Assembly: GCA_964568775.1 (NCBI GenBank)
Contig: CAZMQW010000002.1
Location: 4,354 to 68,353 of the forward strand
Source: an uncultured Candidatus Saccharibacteria bacterium
GTDB lineage: Bacteria; Patescibacteriota; Minisyncoccia; Minisyncoccales; MHMH01
Length of the DNA: 64,000 nucleotides
Direction of reading: 5' to 3'
In this document: positions 37,449 to 46,996 of the stretch, in pieces
Layout: each line of letters opens with the position of its first letter
Position numbering within the stretch: position 1 is the stretch's first letter
Translations under genes and position numbers: made by a program
Notes under the pieces: model-generated
The model's input: the letters and a program-made list of their open reading frames with translations, nothing else
Told to the model about the DNA's origin: nothing
Database searches by the model: none

Positions 37449-38186
37449 TTAAATATCAAATAATTGCCTAGCGTTCTTGGTGGTAATTTGGACTATCTCT
37501 CCATGGCTTAATCCTTTTAGCTTAGCAATCTTTTCGGCCACGTATTTTACATAAATCGGCTCATTTCTACCTTGCTTCGGCGGGGGGGTTAAAAACGGAC
37601 AATCGGTCTCAATTAAAATTCTACCCAGAGGTGTCTTTTTAATAATTTCATCTAAAGCAGTCTTGAAAATTATTCCGTTGAACCCCAAATAAAATCCCAT
37701 ATCCAGATATTTTTGCGCCTGCTCCCAGGTGCCGGTAAAACAATGGATAACTCCTCTCAGTTCAGAATTTATAATTTTCAAAAGATCTTGATGAGCCATC
37801 CGACAGTGAAAAATAATCGGCAGGTTCAACTCTTTGGCCAAATCAAGCTGTTTTAGGAAGACTTCCTTTTGTTTTTCCTTGAACGAAACGTATTCTTCCT
37901 TATAATCCAAACCTATCTCGCCGACAGCTACCACTTTCTTTGACTTGGCTAATTCTTTGTATTTCTCAACGTCAAACCCATCTTGGGCGTAAATCGGATG
38001 CAGGCCGATAGCAGCATAAACGCCTTCTTTGTATCTTTCGGCTATCTCCACCGCTCTTTTGCTGCTGGAATACTGTGAACCAGCGTTTATTAGCCAAACA
38101 TCATTATCAAGCGACCGGCGAATGACCTGGTCGGCATCCTCTCTAAAAGCGCTAAAATTCAAATGAGCGTGGGTATCAATAAACAT
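37449..38186 (-). CDS. tatD: TatD family nuclease
   Basis: DTHAH, GLHP, GEIGLD, HCR, HCF, ETDCP. Confidence 0.95.
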   Translation of the reverse strand: MFIDTHAHLNFSAFREDADQVIRRSLDNDVWLINAGSQYSSSKRAVEIAERYKEGVYAAIGLHPIYAQDGFDVEKYKELAKSKKVVAVGEIGLDYKEEYVSFKEKQKEVFLKQLDLAKELNLPIIFHCRMAHQDLLKIINSELRGVIHCFTGTWEQAQKYLDMGFYLGFNGIIFKTALDEIIKKTPLGRILIETDCPFLTPPPKQGRNEPIYVKYVAEKIAKLKGLSHGEIVQITTKNARQLFDI

Positions 38187-39568
38187 TAGATTCTCGGGAA
38201 TAATGATTTACTTTTTTTAGCCTTCAGTTGTTTAAGAATTTTCTTAGAGGTTTCGGGCAAAAATGGCTGGAGAAGCCCCACTATTTCTTTTACGACAAAT
38301 AATAAATTGCCGATAACCTGCTGGTTTTTAGTTTCCCAGAGTTTTTCTTTTTCAATATATCTATCACAGAAGCCAATCAATTCCCAAACCGTAGCCAAAG
38401 CTTCATTAAATTTAAATTCATTTAAGGCTTCCTTGTATCTACTGCTAATTTTGTCAATTTCCTGTTTAATCTCGCCGGCCGGCGTCTGAATTTTAGCTTT
38501 TTTAGCCAAAGTTATTAATCTGGCCACCAAATTACCCAACCCACTGGCCAAATCACCGTTATATCTTTCTTTGAACTTATTATAAGTAAAGTCGCCGTCC
38601 TCGGTCGAAGGGATCTCTCGCAAAAGAAAATATCTAACCGGATCGGCACCGTATTCTTTGACTAATTCAAACGGGTCAATCACGTTGCCCAGGCTTTTTG
38701 ACATTTTCTGTCCGCCAGAAGTCAGATAGCCGTGGACAAAGATGGTTTTTGGCAATTTGAAACCGAGCGCCAAAAGCATGGCCGGCCACAATAAAGCGTG
38801 GAAACGAAAAATATCTTTGCCGATGCAATGAACGTCAGCCGGCCAGTATTTTTTGGGATAGAGATAATTTATCAAAGCCTCAAACCAAATATAAATAATC
38901 TGGCTGTTATCTTGAGATACGGGCACTCCCCACTGCAAATTCTCTTTCGCCCGGGAGCAGCTGACATCTTCTATTCCCTGGCTGATAAAACTTAAAATCT
39001 CGTTTTTCCTTCCTTCCGGGACAATCCTCAATTCTCCGCTAGCTATCTTTTCTTGAACCTGGGAAGCATATTTAGAAAGTTTGAAGAAATAATTCTCTTC
39101 TTCAACAATTTCCGGCTTCTGCTGGTGATTGGGACAAAGACCGTCAACCAAATCTTTTTCTTTGATAAAAGCTTCGCACCCCACGCAATAAAGACCTCTG
39201 TATTTCTTTTTGTAGATATCGCCCTTCTTTTGAAGCTCCCCCCAGACTTTATGGACGTTGGGCCAATGCTTTTTTCTGTCAGTGGTCCTGATAAAATCAT
39301 CGTTAGACAAATTGAGAACTTTGGTCAGATTTTTGAATTTTCCAGCTATTTCGTCGGCAAATTTAGCCGGGCTTTTGCCAGCATTTTTAGCCGCTTTGAC
39401 GACTTTCTGGCCGTGCTCGTCCGTCCCGGTCAAAAAGAAAACATCCTCTCCCAAAAGCCGGTGATAACGGGCGGTCACGTCAGCCTGAACCAATTCCAAA
39501 GCAAACCCGATATGAGGAGGGGCGTTGGTATAAGCTATACTGGTGGTGACGTAAAATTTGTTTTTCAT
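38186..39568 (-). CDS. metG: Methionine-tRNA ligase (short form)
   Basis: YTN..PHIG, GTDEHG, Zn knuckle, GKDI.RFH, KMSKS. Confidence 0.96.
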   Translation of the reverse strand: MKNKFYVTTSIAYTNAPPHIGFALELVQADVTARYHRLLGEDVFFLTGTDEHGQKVVKAAKNAGKSPAKFADEIAGKFKNLTKVLNLSNDDFIRTTDRKKHWPNVHKVWGELQKKGDIYKKKYRGLYCVGCEAFIKEKDLVDGLCPNHQQKPEIVEEENYFFKLSKYASQVQEKIASGELRIVPEGRKNEILSFISQGIEDVSCSRAKENLQWGVPVSQDNSQIIYIWFEALINYLYPKKYWPADVHCIGKDIFRFHALLWPAMLLALGFKLPKTIFVHGYLTSGGQKMSKSLGNVIDPFELVKEYGADPVRYFLLREIPSTEDGDFTYNKFKERYNGDLASGLGNLVARLITLAKKAKIQTPAGEIKQEIDKISSRYKEALNEFKFNEALATVWELIGFCDRYIEKEKLWETKNQQVIGNLLFVVKEIVGLLQPFLPETSKKILKQLKAKKSKSLFPRI

Positions 39569-39616
39569 GTTATAATAATTACTGAATACATCTTATCATA
39601 TTTTCGTTAAATTAAA

Positions 39617-40066
39617 ATGCTTTTAACTCCCCATATTTTAGCCGGCGCCGCCATCTTTTCCAACGTTGCCAACCCTGTTCTCGGTCTTTCTCTGGCTTTC
39701 TTGAGCCATTATTTTTTAGATTTGTTCCCCCAAAAAGAATATTCGATCGCTAATATCCGAAGCAGATGCTGGAAACAATCTCTGCCGGACTTCATTAAAG
39801 TATTCTCAGATATGCTTCTTGGCCTGCTTATTATTTTCTTAATTGTTGGCTATAATCCTTTCTTTTTTATCGCTGCTCTGGTGGCTATTGTGCCTGACGG
39901 TTTCACTATGCTAACTTTAATTTTCAGTAAAAACCAACTGCTGAAAAAACACGACAAACTGCACGCAGCCATAAACGCTTTCTGCGAAAATAAAAATCTC
40001 CCCGCTTTCTGGGGAGTATCCAGCCAGCTTATAACTGTGGGGCTGGCTATTTTCTTTTTACTATAA
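39617..40066 (+). CDS. Hypothetical membrane protein (possible metal-dependent hydrolase)
   Basis: PH...G, SHYFLD, PD and H pattern with TM helices. Confidence 0.6.
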   Translation: MLLTPHILAGAAIFSNVANPVLGLSLAFLSHYFLDLFPQKEYSIANIRSRCWKQSLPDFIKVFSDMLLGLLIIFLIVGYNPFFFIAALVAIVPDGFTMLTLIFSKNQLLKKHDKLHAAINAFCENKNLPAFWGVSSQLITVGLAIFFLL

Positions 40067-40706
40067 CAACGAATTCGCCCTTGATTTCATTCAGTTTTCC
40101 TAAAACCTCTTTTATTGTCCCACGGTAAATCGTCTCGAATTTCTTAGTCAGCTCCCGGCAAACCACTATCTGCAATCTCTCATCCATCGTCCCTAACTCA
40201 GTTAGGGATTTTATTATCCGGTGGGGCGATTCGTAAAAAATTACCGGATATTTTGAGTCAGCCACTTCTTCAAAAAACTTCTTCCTTTTTTTCTTAACCG
40301 GCGGAAAGCCTAAGAAAACGAACTTGTCCATGGAAAAGCCAGCAATGCAGGCCGCCGCAGTCATCGCGCATACTCCAGGCACTGGCACAATTTTAATATC
40401 TTTCTCAATTAATTCGGCGACTAGCTTGCCTCCCGGATCGGAAATAGCCGGCGTGCCAGCGTCCGAGACTAGGGCCAGATTTTTTCCTTCTTTCAAAAGC
40501 TGGCTGATATATTCAACTTTTTCCAATTTGGAGTGCTGATGGTAGCTCAAAGTCGGCGTTTTAATGTCGTAACGGTCCAACAGTTTTTTGGTCTCTCTGG
40601 TATCCTCGCACAAAATTAAATCAACCTCCGACAATGTCCGGAGGGCTCTTTTGGAAATATCTTCCAGATTCCCGATTGGGGTGCCGACTATATAAAGAGT
40701 GCTCAT
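40047..40706 (-). CDS. rsmI: 16S rRNA C1402 2'-O-methyltransferase
   Basis: TPIGNL.D, EDTR, VSDAGTP.ISDPG, YESPHR, RELTK. Confidence 0.96.
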   Translation of the reverse strand: MSTLYIVGTPIGNLEDISKRALRTLSEVDLILCEDTRETKKLLDRYDIKTPTLSYHQHSKLEKVEYISQLLKEGKNLALVSDAGTPAISDPGGKLVAELIEKDIKIVPVPGVCAMTAAACIAGFSMDKFVFLGFPPVKKKRKKFFEEVADSKYPVIFYESPHRIIKSLTELGTMDERLQIVVCRELTKKFETIYRGTIKEVLGKLNEIKGEFVVIVKRK

Positions 40707-41737
40707 GCTACCAGTTGGGCTTTTTCTTTTTCTTCTTTCCTCCGCTTGAGTAAGTCTCTTAAAAACTCAAACATAATGCCGGCAATCGGAATAGCCAGTA
40801 AGGCTCCCATCATCCCCCATAATTTCGCTCCGGCCATTACCGCCACCAAAACCAGAACCGGCGGCAGGCCGATGAATTTTTTTGTCAAAACCGGGTTGAG
40901 AATATTGCCTTCTATCTGTTGGATAATCAGGAAAGCGATCAAAAAGAAAAGGGCTTTTGTCCAGGAAGTCAAAGCGACCAGAATAACGACAAAGATGCCG
41001 GTGACAACCGGACCGATAATCGGAATAATATTCAGAACGCCGGCCAAAAAACCGAAAGACATCGCGTACTTAATATTCAAAACGTAACAGGTGGCGAAAG
41101 TCGTGAGTCCCACAAATAAGCAGCATAAAACCCTGGCGCCGAACCAGCCGCCAACCTTCTTCTGCGACCTGGCCCAAAGACTCAAGGCGAAAGCCTCGTA
41201 TTTTTTAGGGGAAAGTATGCCGATTATCTTATCAATGCCTTTTTCCTCCAACGACAGGAAAAGGGCAATGGCGAAAATGGTAATAGTTGAAAAGATGCCC
41301 CCGAAAATAGCTCCGACCGCGCTGAAAATATTTGACGAAGCCTGGGTCAATCCCTGTTCAAACGTCTGGCTGAAGCTTTCAAAACTTTCAAAAGCCTCAA
41401 TACCCAAGCCCTTCAATAAAGGCGATACTCTTTCAAAGTATTCGGGGAACACCTGGGAGAATTGGTTTATTTCGGAAACGAAAATGGGAGCGGTTGAATA
41501 AATCATGAATCCCAGGATGCCGAAAATAACCACGTAAATCAAGATAGTGGCCAGAACCCGGGGAAAGTATTTGCGGCTGAGGAAATCAATGGCCGGGTTG
41601 AATAAAACAGACAGGATCAAGCCGAAAATAACCCAAACCAAAATATCTCTCAGTAAATAGAGGAAGTAAAGGGAGAAAAAAGCGACCGTTATCTTCAAAA
41701 TCGTCCCCCAGGAAATATCTAAAACCCTTGAATTCAT
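40703..41737 (-). CDS. AI-2E family transporter
   Basis: Multi-TM; IP.IGP, QQIEGNIL.P, G..GALLAIP. Confidence 0.9.
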   Translation of the reverse strand: MNSRVLDISWGTILKITVAFFSLYFLYLLRDILVWVIFGLILSVLFNPAIDFLSRKYFPRVLATILIYVVIFGILGFMIYSTAPIFVSEINQFSQVFPEYFERVSPLLKGLGIEAFESFESFSQTFEQGLTQASSNIFSAVGAIFGGIFSTITIFAIALFLSLEEKGIDKIIGILSPKKYEAFALSLWARSQKKVGGWFGARVLCCLFVGLTTFATCYVLNIKYAMSFGFLAGVLNIIPIIGPVVTGIFVVILVALTSWTKALFFLIAFLIIQQIEGNILNPVLTKKFIGLPPVLVLVAVMAGAKLWGMMGALLAIPIAGIMFEFLRDLLKRRKEEKEKAQLVA

Positions 41738-41750
41738 ATTATGATAAGCC

Positions 41751-43016
41751 TTATTTTCTTAATAATTTCTCGAATTTGCTTTTGTCTTTAAACGGGCCGA
41801 TTAAAGCCAAGTTCAGTTTCTTTGGTTGGAAAATGTCCCGGGCAACTCTCAAAATATCACCCCCCGAAACTTTATCAATTTTAGCATAGATTTCCTTGGG
41901 GGTTAATATCTCTCTTTTAAAAAGCTCCTGCTCGCCGTAAAAAGAAGCCAAAGCGTCGGAAGACTCCAAAAGCAAAGCCATTTTTCCTTTGATGTAGTCT
42001 TTGGCTTTTTTCAGTTCGGCCGGGGGCACTGTTTTCTGAGAAATTTTTTTGTATTCTTTCAAAATGGTAGTGATTGCTTTTTCAACGTTCTTGTTGTCAA
42101 CTCCGGCCCGGGTCATTAAAAAGCCTGTGTCAGGATTGGCATTAGTCTCGGTTTTAACGTAATAAGCCAAACCTAGTTTCTCTCTCACCTCCATAAATAA
42201 TCTGGAACTCATCATCCCGCCCAGAATAACTCCCAAAACTTCCTGGGCATATCTTTGCGTCTGAAAAAGATTGTAAGAGCGGCCGCCCAAACAAAGATGG
42301 GTCTGGTCGGTCTTTCTCTCATGGATCAGACACTCGGGCAAAGTCTGCCGTTCAATGACTTTTGGTTTTTTAAGATAAGGGCTGGCGCCGATAGAGACGA
42401 AGATCTTTTTGGTTTTAGCAACGACTTGAGAGGCCTTAATGTTGCCAGCCAAACAAACAATGGTGTTCGAGGCCACGTACTGGTTTTTCATATATTGGAG
42501 CAATTTCTGGCGGTTGATTCGGCTGACACTCTTTTTAGTCCCGGCAATATCCCAGCCGGCCGGCTGGTCGCCGTAAAGAAGCTTCATCCATAAAATCTCC
42601 ACAAAGGCCATGGGATTGTCGTTGATCATATTTATTTCCTCAATAATCACGCCTTTCTCCTTCTGAGCTTCTTTTTCCGGCAAAATGCTGTTCAGAAAAA
42701 TATCGGAAACCCAATCCAAAGCCAAATCAAACTGGCCAGCCGCCACTTTAGCAAAATAGCCGGTATAGTCTTCGCCGGTAAAAGCATTATAAATGCCCCC
42801 GATCTTATCCAAGGTTTCGGCTATTTCCAGTTTATCTGGCCTTTTCTTGGTGCCTTTGAAAAACATGTGCTCTAAGAAATGGGAGATGCCTGAAATCTCC
42901 TTTGTTTCGTATTTGGAGCCGGTGCCCACCAAAACCAAAACCGTCACAGCCTGGGTACCTTTTTGCGGAACGGTAATAATTCTTAAGCCGTTGGGTAGAG
43001 TTGTTTTTTTAAACAC
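41751..43016 (-). CDS. M16 family zinc peptidase
   Basis: HFLEH inverted zinc motif, NAFT, SSRLF..VREK.GLAY; GTG start. Confidence 0.93.
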   Translation of the reverse strand: MFKKTTLPNGLRIITVPQKGTQAVTVLVLVGTGSKYETKEISGISHFLEHMFFKGTKKRPDKLEIAETLDKIGGIYNAFTGEDYTGYFAKVAAGQFDLALDWVSDIFLNSILPEKEAQKEKGVIIEEINMINDNPMAFVEILWMKLLYGDQPAGWDIAGTKKSVSRINRQKLLQYMKNQYVASNTIVCLAGNIKASQVVAKTKKIFVSIGASPYLKKPKVIERQTLPECLIHERKTDQTHLCLGGRSYNLFQTQRYAQEVLGVILGGMMSSRLFMEVREKLGLAYYVKTETNANPDTGFLMTRAGVDNKNVEKAITTILKEYKKISQKTVPPAELKKAKDYIKGKMALLLESSDALASFYGEQELFKREILTPKEIYAKIDKVSGGDILRVARDIFQPKKLNLALIGPFKDKSKFEKLLRK

Positions 43017-44296
43017 GGAATTAAATCTTTAATTTTAACTCTTTTTTGTTTCATAGTGTCCCTGTCTCTCAAAGTCAAATCATTCTTCTTTAAACTGTCG
43101 AAGTCAATCGTTAGAGCATAAAGTGTGCCGATTTCGTCCTGCCGACGATAGCGGCGGCCGATCGAACCGACCTCGTCGTACTGAACCGTAAAATAAGGCT
43201 TCAATAGTTTATAAACTTCTTTGGCTTTTTTGACTATCGCCGGCTTATTCTTGACCAAAGGCAGAACAGCGATTTTTATCGGCGCTAAGGTTTTGTAAAG
43301 TTTCAATAAAATTTCCGTTTCTTTGGTAGCCTCGGTCGTTTTGGTCCGGCCACCCTTAACTTCACCATAAGCGTCAACCAAGAAAGCCAGGAAAGAACGA
43401 TCGGCTCCGCCCGAAGTCTCGATAATGTAGGGAATGTAGCCTTCGTACTTGAAGTCTTGGCCGGAATGTTTGGCGTGGTTGGACAAATCATAATCTCCCC
43501 GGTTGTGCACTCCTTCTATTTCCTGCCAGCCAAAAGGAAACTTGTATTCGATGTCCACCTGCCGCCGAGCGTAGTGAGCTCTTTCCCTAATCGGAATTTC
43601 CCTGGCTCTCAGGTTGGTTTTTTTGATACCCAAACTTAAATACCATTTCATTCTCTGCTGTTTCCAATAATTAAAGAATTTGTCGGCCTGCTGGGGAGAA
43701 CAGAACCATTGCATTTCCATTTGCTCAAATTCGCGCGTCCGGTAGATAAAATTGCCGGGCGTTATTTCGTTTCTGAAAGCTTTGCCGATTTGGGCAATGC
43801 CGAAAGGAATTTTAAGCCTCATTGAGTTGAGCACGTTTTCGAAATTGACGTAAATTCCCTGGCAGGTCTCCGCCCTCAAAAAAGTTTCGGACGTCTCATC
43901 CTCCACCGAACCGACGAAAGTTTTCATCATTAGGTTGAATTTTCTCGGTTTGGCCAAACTACCCCCGCATTTGGGGCATTTGTTTTTGACATCGTCTGAC
44001 TTGAATCGCTTGTGGCATTTACTGCACTCGACCAATTCGTCGGCAAACCCAGCCGTCAAATGGCCCGAAGCCTGCCAGACTTTCGGCGACATCAAAATGG
44101 CTGCATCCAGTCCGACAATATTGTTTTGTTTTCTGGTCATCTCTCCCCACCAGGCTTTTTTAATGTTGTTTTTCATTTCCACGCCCAAAGGGCCGAAGTC
44201 GTAGCACGACCCGAAACCGCCGTAGATTTCCGAGGAAGGGAAAACAAATCCTCTTCTTTTGGCTAGAGATACTATTTTTTGCATTAAATCATCCAT
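42983..44296 (-). CDS. glyQS: Glycine-tRNA ligase (alpha2 type)
   Basis: LRAETCQG, GKAFRNE, REFEQME, GSIGRRYRRQDEIGT. Confidence 0.96.
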   Translation of the reverse strand: MDDLMQKIVSLAKRRGFVFPSSEIYGGFGSCYDFGPLGVEMKNNIKKAWWGEMTRKQNNIVGLDAAILMSPKVWQASGHLTAGFADELVECSKCHKRFKSDDVKNKCPKCGGSLAKPRKFNLMMKTFVGSVEDETSETFLRAETCQGIYVNFENVLNSMRLKIPFGIAQIGKAFRNEITPGNFIYRTREFEQMEMQWFCSPQQADKFFNYWKQQRMKWYLSLGIKKTNLRAREIPIRERAHYARRQVDIEYKFPFGWQEIEGVHNRGDYDLSNHAKHSGQDFKYEGYIPYIIETSGGADRSFLAFLVDAYGEVKGGRTKTTEATKETEILLKLYKTLAPIKIAVLPLVKNKPAIVKKAKEVYKLLKPYFTVQYDEVGSIGRRYRRQDEIGTLYALTIDFDSLKKNDLTLRDRDTMKQKRVKIKDLIPCLKKQLYPTA

Positions 44297-44301
44297 AAAG
44301 T

Positions 44302-45981
44302 TTACTGGATAATTCCTTCTGAAAAGGAAACTGTTTCATCGTCCGGCAAGGTAGTGTTGATGGCCGGGTCTTCGCCCCGGACAATCAACCCGGTGAATTC
44401 GTCTTCACCGCTGATTTCAGCTTCGCCGATAATTTGGGGGGTAGTTCCTTGCTGGAAAACTGAGGGAGTAAAAGCGACCTGGAAAGCGACCGAAGGGCCA
44501 GGCGTCAAAACGCCCTTGCCAGCATCCAAATTTTCCAATTCCCAAACAACCTCTCGGGAACCCGAGTCAAACGTCAACCTTGAACCTTCGGGAAAAATAT
44601 TGCCCGTCAGCCTGGCCTGGCTGCTCAAGGTTGCTTTCACCCTTATATTTTTAACATCATTATAATAATTGTTGGCCTGCCAGATAATGGTATAGGTCGT
44701 TGTCTGGCCCACCCGGGGAGGAACGGGGCCGGTGTTGCCGAAAACCTCGTCTTCGTAATAGCCTTTCTGGATTATCTCCAGTTTTGAATTGACTTTGGTG
44801 GTAAATTCCTGTTGGGCCTGTGAAAGAAACACTTTGTCCCTCAAAACCAAATTCTTGTCGTTAAGGCTCTGCATCGGCCAATCATCTTTGAGTTCGATCC
44901 AGAATTCAATCTTACCTTCCTCTCCTACGTCCAGAAACTGGAGGCTGGAAACCCTGCGCCAGTCAAAGATTATCGAATTGTCGCCCGATTCAAAGTCGCC
45001 CAAAGGCGCTTTCAGGCTCTGGAAATCAAATATGTTTCCCTCCAGGGTGGCCACCAAAAACAAATTGGTGAAAACGTCGTTGCCAATATTCTTGAAGAAA
45101 ATTTCGTAGTGCAGGGTGTCACCGGGGCTAGCAACGTATTGGGGACTGTTGTTTATTTGCTGAGAAATATGCAGAGAAGGAGTAATTATTTGAACCGCCC
45201 GAATTGTCTCTTTCAATAAAACGAATTCTCCGTCCTGCCAGGAGCCTAATTGAGCTTTAAACTGTTTCTGCTCGCCGATTTCTCCTCTTAGGTTGCCGGC
45301 TATCTCAATGCGGCCGCCCTCGGCCTTGTTTAAAAGGCCGATCTCCCAATCTGTTTCTTCTAAAGCCTGAGGCTTAGAACTTTGGAATTCGAAATCAGAA
45401 GGGTATTCAACCTTAATGCCTAAATTGGAAAGCGGGTAATTGGCGTTGGAAAAATAATTTAACTTAAAACTGATTTCTTTGCCCGAATCAATTTTAGAAG
45501 GCAAATCAAACTCCAAGGTCAAAGGGACTGAAGTGATTTGGGTGGAACGGGAAGTTTCCGACTCGTAGCGGGCTTTGAGGCTTTTGGGCTGGTAGTTCAG
45601 CCAGGCCTTGGCTGCTTTGATTTCGCCTTCCTTGCCAAGCAATCTGGCTTTAAAAGTGAAAGTCTGCTCCTGGCCGGGGTAAATGTCTTCCAAAAGTATT
45701 TCCTGCCTCAAAGATTCTCCCTCGTCGACCAGGGAATATTCTGGACGCTCAAAAACCAGGCGGGGATCCTCCAGTCTAACATTGCCGTTATTTTTATATT
45801 TGACCGTGTACTCAATCTCCTGGCCCAATTCAGCCTGGTCGGGACCAAGAATTTCCAGTTTCAGGATCTCTTTGGAATAAATATTCCTTTGGTAATACCA
45901 AAAGCCGACCGCTCCGATAATCACGGCGGCGACAATAATAATTAAAACGGGTCTATTTTTAATAAGTTTGTTTATCGTCAT
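44302..45981 (-). CDS. Membrane-anchored surface protein with repeated Ig-like (DUF11-like) modules
   Basis: One N-terminal TM; repeated G..I.Y...Y.N beta-sandwich patterns. Confidence 0.65.
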   Translation of the reverse strand: MTINKLIKNRPVLIIIVAAVIIGAVGFWYYQRNIYSKEILKLEILGPDQAELGQEIEYTVKYKNNGNVRLEDPRLVFERPEYSLVDEGESLRQEILLEDIYPGQEQTFTFKARLLGKEGEIKAAKAWLNYQPKSLKARYESETSRSTQITSVPLTLEFDLPSKIDSGKEISFKLNYFSNANYPLSNLGIKVEYPSDFEFQSSKPQALEETDWEIGLLNKAEGGRIEIAGNLRGEIGEQKQFKAQLGSWQDGEFVLLKETIRAVQIITPSLHISQQINNSPQYVASPGDTLHYEIFFKNIGNDVFTNLFLVATLEGNIFDFQSLKAPLGDFESGDNSIIFDWRRVSSLQFLDVGEEGKIEFWIELKDDWPMQSLNDKNLVLRDKVFLSQAQQEFTTKVNSKLEIIQKGYYEDEVFGNTGPVPPRVGQTTTYTIIWQANNYYNDVKNIRVKATLSSQARLTGNIFPEGSRLTFDSGSREVVWELENLDAGKGVLTPGPSVAFQVAFTPSVFQQGTTPQIIGEAEISGEDEFTGLIVRGEDPAINTTLPDDETVSFSEGIIQ

Positions 45982-46592
45982 ATGTTTTCATTATACCATT
46001 GAGAAACGTCTTTTAATAATTTAAGGTGGTTGGATTCAAGCTTCAGCCTTGAGAGAATCGACCAGTCTTTTTTAAAAATAACCTTTAAAATCTTGGCAAC
46101 GTCGCAATCAATCTTCTTGCTCCCGATGGAACAACCGTGGATTTCCGGTGCGTACCCAAGAATGGAAACCAAGTGCCAAAAAAAATAATAATAAACTATT
46201 TCTGGTTTTTTCAACGAACCCAGCCTGTCAAACACTTCCTTGAGTAGTTGCCAGATCTGATCGTCTTTTTCCTCTTTGACAATCAAGTTATCAAAAGTTT
46301 CGGCGATTTGATGGGCGATTTTCAGTCTGGCTAAATCTTGCCTGATTCTCGGAAAGCTATCAATCAAAATGGCGTCGGTCAAAGTTTTGTGGGCTTTGCC
46401 CTGGATAAACTCAACCTCTGACAGATAAAACAGTTCAGTGCCACCCCTCAGTTTTGATTTGATTTTCCTGATGGCTTTGCCTAAAATCTCCAGCTTGCCG
46501 AAATCCTGAGTATAAATTGTAAACAGCTGATTGGCCTCTCCCCGATCAGTTTTTTTAATAATAAAACCTTGAGCACGGTAATGGATGGCCAT
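45978..46592 (-). CDS. recO: DNA repair protein RecO
   Basis: GEAN..FTIYT..FGK...KAIRK.KSKL OB-fold; LGYAP. Confidence 0.9.
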   Translation of the reverse strand: MAIHYRAQGFIIKKTDRGEANQLFTIYTQDFGKLEILGKAIRKIKSKLRGGTELFYLSEVEFIQGKAHKTLTDAILIDSFPRIRQDLARLKIAHQIAETFDNLIVKEEKDDQIWQLLKEVFDRLGSLKKPEIVYYYFFWHLVSILGYAPEIHGCSIGSKKIDCDVAKILKVIFKKDWSILSRLKLESNHLKLLKDVSQWYNENI

Positions 46593-46596
46593 CGGC

Positions 46597-46992
46597 CTAA
46601 AATCCTTTTTTCATAGCTTCCATGGTTTCAATTTCAACCCTTAATTCCTTTTTCTTAGTGGGAGATGCCCAGGCCATTTCTTTTTTCTTTTTATTTATCA
46701 GCCTGCTGAAATCTGTCGTTGAAAGGCCGTGGGACCGCTTTGATTCGGTCCGCCACTTATTAATAAGGTCTACCCGTTGCTGTTTGCCAAGTTTTTTTGC
46801 GCTTAACTTAGAGTAACTTTTATACGGAGCTTTTCTAGCGGACTCTCTCATTTGGACGAAAGAACGATAGCCCTTTTCTCCCAAAATACCGGGCTTAGGG
46901 GTTGGTTTTGGTTGGGTTGCCGGTTTGCTAGAAACTGGCCTTAATACTGGTCCCGGTTTCGGAGAAGGTCTTCTAAAAAATGGGAAAGCCAT
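46597..46992 (-). CDS. Hypothetical Pro/Lys-rich basic protein
   Basis: 131 aa ORF fitting exactly between ileS and recO. Confidence 0.6.
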   Translation of the reverse strand: MAFPFFRRPSPKPGPVLRPVSSKPATQPKPTPKPGILGEKGYRSFVQMRESARKAPYKSYSKLSAKKLGKQQRVDLINKWRTESKRSHGLSTTDFSRLINKKKKEMAWASPTKKKELRVEIETMEAMKKGF

Positions 46993-46996
46993 AAAC

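Noticed and set aside
39053-39610. 185-aa plus-strand ORF and the many other short antisense ORFs
   Set aside because: Shadows of well-supported genes on the opposite strand, with no motifs
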